Of a stretch of 64,000 nucleotides of DNA, positions 24,852-36,800 are shown piece after piece. Made by a program: the position numbers and the translations under genes. Source of the DNA: Antedon mediterranea (Eukaryota > Animalia > Echinodermata); contig NC_092676.1 of NCBI RefSeq assembly GCF_964355755.1, positions 14,588,871-14,652,870 on the forward strand. The letters are read 5' to 3'. The notes under the pieces were generated by a model, which saw only the letters and a list, made by a program, of their open reading frames with translations, had not been told where the DNA came from and did not search any database. How positions within the stretch are numbered: position 1 is the stretch's first letter; every line of letters begins with the position of its first letter.

Positions 24852-27800
24852 CTGTGGGTGAAATATTGTAGTCGTATTTAACTGAAAAATATATATACCG
24901 TAGTTTTCACAATGTACTTTGCCTTTTAGACATTTTCATGTTCATTAGGAATAAAATAATTTAATATCTTTTAATCCTGATTAGCACTAGGCAATTCACC
25001 CGACTGTTTTTGCATGAAACCAAATTTTGTGAGTTGTAGTTATAGAATTAGTATTTATGTAAAACTTGTTATGTTTTTATCAGCTGAAATGCCTATGGCT
25101 ATGCTGTTCAAACAATCATGCTGCCTATAATATAGCATGTGCATGTTGTACGCTGTGTTGTGCAATAGCCAAACTGTGACTAGTTATCTTCTTTCCTTCC
25201 ACAATTTTTGTTGCAGACTGTAAGTTAAGATGTGTGGGAAACTTTTATTTTATAAAATTATTGTGTACTGTAGAATGATTTTATGACATTTTTAGATTGA
25301 TAAAAAATGAAACTTGATGAATTTATGTTTCATATTGTATCAAAGGTAAACTTGATATAAATGTTACGTGCATGATTGCTACAAATGTGAAAAATACCCG
25401 AAATCAATTTCTAATCAATTTAGCACACATTTCAGGAAATTATCCGAGTTATACCTCGCTTCTACATTCTACACCCGATTTTCTTCCAAATTGTAATACA
25501 TACCTTCATGGGAATATACTGATTGAGGTCTAGATAAGAATCTGATATGACGCAAATGTGATAGTTGAAAACACCTTTCTTTCTAGCATTGAATTGTAGT
25601 AAAACCTGGCGGAATAAAAAATAGAATTTTTGACCACAATTTTGAATAAGAATGTTTAAAAATATAAAAAATGTCCCTAAAGATTCAGAATAATGCATTT
25701 GATTTTGTCAAAAGTCAATTTCTCTCTTAATTTGGAATTTTGGATAAGAATGTACAGGGATGTAGTTACAGAAATCCCAGGGTGGCTTTTTTTAGGGTGG
25801 GCAGCCCAAAAAAAAATTAGTATTGGCAGCATTCGGGAAGATTTATTATTTATTATTTATTTTATTTTATGTCTTTAGGCACTGTGGCCAAGGATTACCA
25901 ATAGTGAATTAATCACTGTCCTATCAGATAGGTGGTAATCCCCCTGATACAGAGGCTATTGTGTGAACCAGTTCACCGGGGTAACCCCCTACTCTTTTTC
26001 GAATAATGAACTGGGTTCTTTTAAGTACACACAGGTTATAACTGTGTACACTGGACCTACGGTTTATAGTCCTTATCCGAGAAGACTTGTTCCACCACCA
26101 GAACTAGGAGCGAGTCGGCCTCGAACCCTTGCCGATGTTGTTGTTGGCTCTTTAGGTACGATAAACGGCGCCCCTGCCTTAACCGCTCGGCCATATGACT
26201 CCTATTAGGAGATAGAGGAAATCCAACTCCACCCCAAATAATTTATGGTGGTCGGATTAGTATGTTAATTAAAGCCCCAATCTCTACACATTTCTATGTT
26301 TTGTAAATATAATGTAATATATTACTTTAAAACATTAAACCAGATCATTCCTTTTCTTAAATGTACGTTTTATGGTTAATTACAAAACAAAACTAAGCCT
26401 AGCCAGGTTAGGGCTAAAGACTGTACACGAGAGGATTTTCACTGCAAGCTACTAGGTAGTGTATTGTTTCTCTCTTTTTATCATAATTTACCGCTGAAAG
26501 GATCAATATAATTAGTACAGTATTAGCTTACTTAGCTTACTACTGAAACTTTTATCTTAAATAAAGGTGAGCATCTAGTGGGTATTAAATTTCATTGAAA
26601 TAGCCGAAAATTAGTTCACACTTTAATCGCCCACTCCTACCAGGATCGAACAAGCACATCGTGATGGTAGACCACTGGGGCTTTCATGGTATTGTTCTCG
26701 AATGGATAGCGACTCTTTAACATTCTCGGCGTAATACGGCGGAACAGCACTAGTCCTCAGTTGTACGCACGCGCACCATCTAGATCAAATTGGTACGCCC
26801 TCATTTTCAGTATTTTTGTTCACGAGGCGGGATATATATATATATGTATATTAATCCAAGGGCAAATTACTGAACAAATGACAATATATATATATATATA
26901 TATATATTTTCTTTTATTCCTGTCCACCCAGGCAGCACTTATACTATGACGTTATCCAAATTCCTTCACTTGCACTGATGAAGGGCTAGTCTTGCCCGAA
27001 AGCTCTGCTAACTTTTCAGGCTGTTTTACTTCTCGTTTTGATTTAGCTTTTCGCTTTTATTTTGTATCTCCATTGAGATCCAGCCAATGATACCCACAGC
27101 ATTGTCACTTTTTCAGTAATTTGACTTTGGATTTATATATATTTCCAGAGAAATCTTATGTAGGGGAATTTTACATTAGGTGGAGTATGCAATTTCGGAG
27201 TGCATTTCTACTTGGACAATAAAGTTTTCTGACGGAAACATAATATAACAAAAAAAATACAAAAATACTAACCTCTTTCTGTTTTCCAGGCTTTAAGTCA
27301 TAAACCATATTTGGCAAAGTGATTAAGGTCTTTGATTTTCTATCAGCAATGTAGACCCACCACCATTCATTTTTTTCCTAAAAATATAATGAAGAAAACT
27401 TTTACTTTTATGCTCCAGTATTATGTAAAAACCCCAATAAATTTTACCTGGGTTTCTCGCCAATATGGCAATAAATGGCAAAGGAATATAATAACAATTA
27501 GAAATATTTCTTGACTTTTAATGTAACAGTTTAAATTATTGTTCTGGCCTATTGTTCAGAACAAAAATATTTTATAAACTAAACTATAGTACTGTACATA
27601 GTCCAGGGTAGGGGCGTTACTTCCAAAGGTCGTAGTTACCAACATACCCCAACATTCATTTAAACAAATGTTCCAGCCGCCGACAAACGTACTCACTATC
27701 TAACAATTCTTCATCTATAGGCCTAACACACCTTTCGGCAAAAATGTTTCAATAATAATTGACGTTATTATACCCAGCTTATTTTGAAAGCCAAACCGAA

Positions 27801-30800
27801 TACTGTACATTGTTTTTTTAACAGGTCTTACAGACTACTATTTGCAGGATACAGTACCTATCTGCATACTCAGACTCTCTTTTCCCAGACGTGCTTAAGG
27901 GTTTGAGCATGACTCGTCTCAGTTTACAAATTCCCACTTGTCAGCCTTAGTACTATAGGTTCCGCTACAGTTTCCTAATGCTTCCGTCCCATTGAATATA
28001 ACTGCCTAAAGGCGCAGCGCTATAAAACCACTAACACTACAGTAACATAGAACTTTCCATTATTATTAAGATTTGTTTTTAGGAATTAATTAATGGATTC
28101 TATCCCAAAGTTTTTTAGGATTATAGTCCAGTAAAGATAAGAAAAAAATAGGATGCATTATTGTCCACACAATAGAAGAAGCCAGTCTAAATTTGCCCCA
28201 TTTCACCTTATTTAGTCAATTCACAAAATTGTAAAGAAAGATGAAGATGTTAAATGGAAAGATACTGTACTGTAAATGTGTACTGCATGATAAATGTGAA
28301 CTGACGGAAGAGGAGGCATTCCATAGTATATCACCGGGCAATTTAGACTTCTTGAATAAAACACTGAAAGATGAGGGCATATCAATTTCATCTCTTGTGC
28401 GTGTGTGTACAACTGAGGGACTAGTCCTGTTTTGAACCTGGAACCTTCTGCTTGATATGCCGATGTTCTAACCACTAGACCCTGGGGCTTTCATGGTATT
28501 GTTCAAATACGATTCGATAGCGACTCTTGGCATGGTACGGCGGAAAACAACTAGTTCCTCAATTGTACACACGCGCACCAGGGATCAAATTGATACACCC
28601 TCATCTTTTTCAGTATTTTTAATCACGAAACAGGATTTCCGAAGAGATACTTATATATATATATATAAACACAACAGGCACAGAACATGAATTCTGAACA
28701 TGAATTCTAAACTGAATCAATGACCTAGGCTCCTAGTAGATATCACTCCCCATCATCCCTGGAATATGAATCTAAACATTTGAAATATCTTTAAAATAAG
28801 AAAAAAAAAATTTACAAAAACTCTTGATTTCTTTAAATTAAGGGTTGGATACATTAAAATGAGTATGTAAATTAACAGAAATAAAAAAAAATTACATCTG
28901 GAAAGTATGGACAGTGAACCAAGTATGACTCTCTTGATTGACTTTCTAGAACTTTTTCTTTTCTTTTGGTATCTTTTTGATAATTATTCCAGTCTTCATC
29001 CTCAACTTCATCAGATGTAATGTTTGTATCTTCATCTCTGAAAATAAAATTTGTAAATATTTATGATCATGGATCATGATAAATATGTATGTTTTGAACA
29101 ATTAATTGTTGGTCCTAGGAACAAAATACAAAAAAGTAAAAAAAGAACTGGACATTGTCAAAACTCATGATACGATTGATTATACAGTTTTATGCAAAAA
29201 AAATGAGAGTAAATGAGGCATACAAGACACACACACAAATATTGTTCAGTGATAAGTGTGTATGAAGTGAAAATCTATAGTAATAAATTTCTTAGTCAGG
29301 TCGTCAAGCTCGCGTGAAGTCTTTAGGTGTTTCAATATATTCTCAGTGGTTAGACAGACTCGTTCTAATGTTTAAATGAAAAGCGCCCTCAAAACACTTT
29401 TGTCCACAATTCACAAGTGTGATTTATCCATGGTTTGACCAAAAGCATTGGCACAGTAAAACCATCACATATATGTTAAGCTCAGGTACAGGCATTAATT
29501 TAAAATATAATATCTGGTTAATTGTACATAAATCAAATATTTGTAATAGAAATCAAGACGAAAAAACATGAATTTCCCTTAAAATGGTCAACAAATACAA
29601 AATTTGGCAAAATTCGGCTATAAAAACCAGGAAGACATTTTTTCAATAGTTAGGTAGTTTAACCTAATGTAATAATAATAATAATAGTCTGTTCTTATAT
29701 AGCGCATATAAGCAAGCTCTCAATGCACTATACATCAAAAATAAAAACAGGAAATGTTAAATTAATGAAAAGCTTGTTGGAAAAGGAATGTCTTAAGTTA
29801 AGTCTTGTGCATTGCAGTTAAGGGAAGTGCATTGTCTGATTGTGATTGGTAGGGAGTTCTACAAAGTTGATAATAACATGTCTGGTGACTCCCTAGAAGG
29901 TGAAAAAAGATGGTGGATATACGGTGGATAATTGTTGCTATAGCATGAAAATAAAACTCTGAAGTTGAATAAAAATACTAGAAACATAAAAAAAAAAAGT
30001 TATATAAACTATATTTAGTCATCTGATATAATTTTTTACACATAGTTTTTTCATAGTTTTAAAAAAATGCCTCTTTATTTACAACATTTGTGTACAAAAG
30101 AATAGAGATTTATTAGATTTATTTTAAGAACCTATAAAATGAGGACCTTTTGCATATGGCCCTGCCTTCAAACAATTATATGACAAACACATTAATATCC
30201 AAGATAGGAGGCAGTCAATAAGAGTAAGAACACTAAGATGCAGTCAGAAAAAAATCTGTGATATCTCTCAGGAGCCTAATAAAATAACACCTATACAAAC
30301 ACAAAATAAATGTAGGTTGATTAAAGCACTTTACATTATGCTTAAAATTAATGGGTCTAAAACAACTGCCATTGAACAACTACAAAACTAAAATTTCAAG
30401 CCCATCCTTTTTTTAAATAAAAAATGTTTTATCATATCGTGAATTTGAATACTACAGTATGATGCTTGTTTGATATTAAATAAAGGAAAACACGCCATAG
30501 AAATCATCAAAATCATTTGACTAACAAATAATATTATCAAGGCCATATAGATGGCTGCAGTCGCGTGCTCATTAGTGTTTACCGACCGACCGACCAACCT
30601 ACCAACTGACCGAAATTACTGAACATGTTTAAAAATGTTGAAATGTTTAAAAACATTTATATTTTTTTAATTTACACGTGCGTAGCCTGTCACTTTTGAC
30701 GTGCTCGTATAAGGTAATTTCGAGTTGAAAAGTAAGTCAAGAAAACAGAAATCGGGCAAAAAGAGTGCGAGATAATATTTAACGCGCAGTGCGCGCGCAA

Positions 30801-33800
30801 AATTCTGCGCACTCATGGCAATTTTGTAAACGCTTAAAATTGCCTGAAACGTACTCTTATTTCATCGAAAATAAATTTTGAAAATTGTAAGCGCGCGTAC
30901 GCATGCGTTACATGCGCTACGCACGTAATTGTATTGCCATATGATGATTTATGCCCTGAAATTTATGAGTACCAAATTTTATTTAATTGTGATTCATGGT
31001 TGTGAAGATATGATTACAAACGTGATTTCGTTAAATCGTGCGTAGACCGCGTAATTTTTTATTGCGCACCGTAAAAACATAACCACATCGATTCCTGGCC
31101 ATAAGGAATATACTGTGAAAAATTTACTTAGCTAGATTAAACTGATATCAAGATAAGGTCAGAAAGCGATAAAATGCATAGTGATACCGGACCGACAGAC
31201 AGACCGACAGACATAGTGAACTATGGAGTCGCGTCCACGCGACTAAAGATGTGAGTGATAGAAGTGATGGATAGTTAATTATAGGTTCTTAAAAATAGAT
31301 ATGAAAACACAGACATACTAAACATTACACATATGACATACCCAGATATCTTTGATTTATCATCACAATCATCATCGTCTTCTTCGGATCCGCATTCAGA
31401 GTTCTCTTTTTCTTCTTCCTGTAAAAATATTTTTAAATGTAACAAAATGTACAGAATCAGATTTTGTAACTAGGACAAATTTTTCCAGAAATAGTAATAT
31501 ACACTATATAAAGCTCTTCTTGTATTTTCCCCAAAAACATGAAAAATTAAGATTAATAAAAAAAGAAAAATGTTAATAGGTCATTTCGAAGTTTTAATCA
31601 AGTTAATTACTATGGAAAAAAAAAATGTTTCCAAAAAGACAAAATAAATGGTTGAATTCAATCAAAAACCCATTAGGCTAGGCAATCTAGCATCCGAAGT
31701 GGGATAAAATACCAGTTCTATCGCCCAGTGCCATCCCACTCGGAGAGGGAAAAACCCTTTGTTTATACCCAGCATCAGCCGTGGCTTCTTTGATTATTTA
31801 TGGTGAGTATGTGATCTTATTTAACATAAATGTGTTGTTAAGTTGTTGAGTTAACTCTTTTATATACCCAATTTTGTAACTTTGTTTCATAACATTTACT
31901 ATGAGTTGTAACTAATTGTTGAGTTGTTTTATATAATGTGTAGGGTGGTGATGAGTGCAATATGCATTCCTGCATAGACAATGCATGTTTTGTTATGCAG
32001 GAGATCTGAATGATCAGATAAGTCTTATAAGTATCTGGGGGTGACAAACGATAACAAACTTTCGTGGGGTATTTTTATTGATCATTTGGTTAAAAAACTT
32101 AACGTAAGGATGTTCTGTTTCAGGAAACTGAATTCATTTGATGTACGAAAAGAAATATTGTTATCTTACTATAATTCCATTATTCTCGGTTTACATAGCT
32201 ATTGTTTGGTTTGCTGGGGTGGAAACATCTCACAAGGTGGTAGGGACAGACTACAAAGGTTGGTTAGCTGGGGTGGAAACATGTCACAAGGTGATAGGGA
32301 CAGACTACAAAGGTTGGTTTGCTGGGGTGGAAACATCTCACAAGGTGATAGGGACAGACTACAAAGGTTGGTTTGCTGGGGTGGAAACATCTCACAAGGT
32401 GGTAGGGACAGACTACAAAGGTTGGTTTGCTGGGGTGGAAACATCTCACAAGGTGATAGGGACAGACTACAAAGGTTGATAGCTGGGGTGGAAACATCTC
32501 ACAAGGTGGTAGGGACAGACTACAAAGGTTGGTTTGCTGGGGTGGAAACATCTCACAAGGTGGTAGGGACAGACTACAAAGGTTGGTTTGCTGGGGTGGA
32601 AACATCTCACAAGGTGGTAGGGACAGACTACAAAGGTTGGTTTGCTGGGGTGGAAACATCTCACAAGGTGATAGGGACAGACTACAAAGGTTGGTTAGCT
32701 GGGGTGGAAACATCTCACAAGGTGATAGGGACAGACTACAAAGGTTTGTTAGCTGGGGTGGAAACATCTCACAAGGTGATAGGGACAGACTACAAAGGTT
32801 GGTTAGCTGGGTGGAAACATGTCACAAGGTGATAGGAACAGACTACAAAGGTTGGTTAGCTGGGGTGGAAACATGTCACAAGGTGATAGGGACAGACTAC
32901 AAAGGTTGGTTAGCTGGGGTGGAAACATGTCACAAGGTGATAGGGACAGACTACAAAGGTTGGTTAGCTGGGGTGGAAACATCTCACAAGGTGATAGGGA
33001 CAGACTACAAAGGTTGGTTAGCTGGGGTGGAAACATCTCACAAGGTGATAGGGACAGACTACAAAGGTTGGTTAGCTGGGGTGGAAACATCTCACAAGGT
33101 GATAGGGACAGACTACAAAGGTTGGTTAGCTGGGGTGGAAACATGTCACAAGGTGATAGGGACAGACTACAAAGGTTGGTTAGCTGGGGTGGAAACATGT
33201 CACAAGGTGATAGGGACAGACTACAAAGGTTGGTTAGCTGGGGTAGAAACATGTCACAAGGTGATAGGGACAGACTACAAAGGTTGGTTAGCTGGGGTGG
33301 AAACATGTCACAAGGTGATAGGGACAGACTACAAAGGTTGGTTAGCTGGGGTGGAAACATGTCACAAGGTGATAGGGACAGACTACAAAGGTTGGTTAGC
33401 TGGGGTGGAAACATCTCACAAGGTGATAGGGACAGACTACAAAGGTTGGTTAGCTGGGGTGGAAACATCTCACAAGGTGATAGGGACAGACTACAAAGGT
33501 TGGTTAGCTGGGGTGGAAACATCTCACAAGGTGGTAGGGACAGACTACAAAGGTTTGTCAATAGGTTTGAGAGGATTATCGGTACTGCAGTCGGTACACT
33601 CGGTCTACCAAGAGCGATTAGCTGGTAAATTTGATGACGTAATGTCTGACGAAAGTCACCCGTTGCATTCGACTATTAGCAGTTGCATAGTACAACGCAG
33701 CGGTAGACTGAGGGTACCGGCGGCTAACACGAATCGATATCCCAACTCTTTCATTCCAAGAGGTATTGGCCTTTTCAATAGAAGATATGTTCGTTAGTCA

Positions 33801-36800
33801 TATTATTATTTTGTCTGTATTTAAGTCTGTTGTTATATTTGATGAGAGAGAAAGCTATGAACACTGTAATTTCCAAATTTATGGATGAATAAAGCGATGT
33901 CTATGTCTATGTCTACGATAAGAGCCGTCGATTTGAACTCAGCCGTAACGTTCCATACTCAGAAAAGGGAAAAAAACCTTTTGATAATATACGGTGAGTG
34001 AGTAGTTAATGTCATCTCGTTCTATTTAACATCCATTTTATGACAAGTTGTTTATATTTCCAATTTTGTCTTTCATAACGTTTACTACAAGTTTTAAGTA
34101 ATTGTTGAGTTGTTTATTGAGAGTATTACGCTATTGGTTTCCCAGCTGATGAGTGCAATATGCACGCCTGCATAGAAAATGCATGTTTTGTTATGCAGGA
34201 GATCCGATCAATAGCCACCTCCCTAACTGAGGATCGAAACAGACATATATCATCAACTACAAAACAAAATAATTGGCTTAAAAATGCTTGAAATTAATGT
34301 ACCCTAAGGCATGTGTGTTTGGACTATATAACAAATTTTCTATTAGAATGAATGTAATTATGTATATTTCAAAAAAATTTGATACCAAATTTAAGTTTCT
34401 ACAACCAGTATACTTACAGAGATATGAAGATGCCTTGGTATGTGGGTCAAAGGTCAGAAATAGCATTTATGATCATTTTTTACTAAAATGACTGAATATA
34501 AATGCATGCCTTCTGAACAATTTGAAACCAAACTTGTTGCGACCAGTGGTTACCGAGATACAAGTACCTATTTATATTTGTTTATATAATTTTGACCCCG
34601 ACCCTTTGACCTTTTGTAACATTTTTTAAAACGTATATTTCGAACAATTTAAGACCAAATTCAAGTGTCCGACCAGTAGTTACAGAGATACATACATGCC
34701 CTGGGTTGTGGGTCAAAGGTAATTTTTGACTAAAATACTTTTTAGACTGAATATAAATGTATACCTTCTGTGACCAGTGGTTGTCGAGATTTAAGGACCT
34801 ATTGGTGTTTGGTCTTATAACCTTTCACCCTGACCTTTTGCCACATTTTCAAAATGTGTAACCAAGCCAAAAATTATTGTTTGACCACCCTAAACCAAAT
34901 TCTCTGGACCTCAAAGTGCAAAGTTGATCTAGCTACTGGCCTCATGGATATTTTATACTTTGGAATGGGATCTAAATTACAATTTAGTGGCAGAAAAAAC
35001 ATTTAGTATGAAATTAATGGTGTTGCCAGGGCCACTAGGGCAACACCCCTGCAAACCAACTTTTTTTTATAATATATATATATAGCGAATTCAATATGAA
35101 ATATATATGATTGATATAATGAATTCGCAAAATGCTGCCTTGATGATGTCATAGTTGAGTGATCTAACTTAAAAGCTTTCATTGTCAAGTTTTTTTTATG
35201 ATAAAGATATTGTAAACATTTGAAATCATTGAGATTTAATTTTTTTAAATAATTGGTACATTTATTACTAGAAATCTTTGCTTTCTAAATAGATTTTACA
35301 TACCTTAGAAGACACTGGAGACACTATGCCATTTTGCTTCTCTTTACTTAATGAAGATTTTTTGACTTTCTGCTTTTTCTTAGCATTTCCTCCTCCACTT
35401 TTTTTCTTATGCACTTTCTTCTTCTGCTTTTCCCAAACTTTAGGTTTAACTTTTGCTTCAAGCTATATAAATAAATCAGTAGGTTCATTTAAGATTCTGG
35501 TTACCATATATGTTCTATCTGAGAATACACATTTTTGCAACCAATATATTGATCAATTTGTCCCAATCACAAACCTGTATTATAAGACACACATACATAC
35601 ATATATACATCGCAACGTTTTGTAGCATATATTCCATTGTGATGTCATCGCACTGTCAACAAATAGGTGCATCATCATAAAAAACCAACAGTACCCTGAA
35701 GTTTGTTGGTTAGATATTGATATTTTATAGTGAAAAGAATTTATAAGGCAAAAACACAGAGCCAATATTATGACTACTATTGATGCCAACCCACCTGCCA
35801 AGTGCCTATATAACCATTTTAAATGGAGTATTGTACAAAATGTATTAAAAACAAGAAACCAAAATTAGTATTTTAATTGTTTGTAGTTGCCTAGTTATAC
35901 AACTGTATTATTATCACCAAAGTTAAACAATGAAACTTGTTTTTTTTCCATATTAGAAATTATAGTGAGGCAACTGACTATGGAGTGTGGTTGTATTTTG
36001 CTACTAGAAGTGCATTGTAAAATTGTTTCAATTAAATATGTAAGAAAAATAAACTACGCACAATATTTAATCATTATAGTATTATAGCATTATAGTATAA
36101 GTATATATATATATATGGAATCAAATTATACTATTAATATTATTGTGAATTTTTGACATTTTTGTTGATTAGTATATTAAATAATATTGGATATTGTAGA
36201 CTTTCTCCAGACACCATTTCATTTTCATTGATTGTTAACAACAAAAAGGTTATTCCAGATGGCTTCATTGGTAAACTTATAACTATGTTATAGAATAACA
36301 TCAATATAAATAAATAAATTAAACTAATCTATGCATCTATATCAAGTCAGTCAATACAAGAAACAAGCAAAAATGTTTAGAAAAATTCTATATCAAGATT
36401 GTTTTATTGTGTTTTCTTTTATTTAACATCTAATAAAGAACTACAAAGTACATTATTGCCTATTTATTAGCATTTAAACAAAAACAACTAATATAATATA
36501 TTATTTATACTAAACATTTCACATGGTTTATTAATATAAATATTATTAATTTAATCAGAAAATACTGCCGATATGCTTATATTTAAATATGTGATGTAAC
36601 TGCTAAGTAGCTTTCGTCTGTTCAATGGTAAAAAATTGTTTATTAAAAGAACAGTAGGTTGACGCAATTTAATTTTATAAGAAGTGATTTAACTTGAACT
36701 GAAGCGATTTAACTTGAACTGACGCGATTTGACGCTCTACAATGTGACAAAGTATAATCAATACCTTACACGTCCGGACTTTCAGCCTATGACTTCAACA

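Noticed and set aside
32138-33797. Long repetitive ORFs (252-422 aa) as novel repeat proteins
   Set aside because: They are by-products of a stop-free 54-bp minisatellite inside a truncated LINE in a SEC63 intron.
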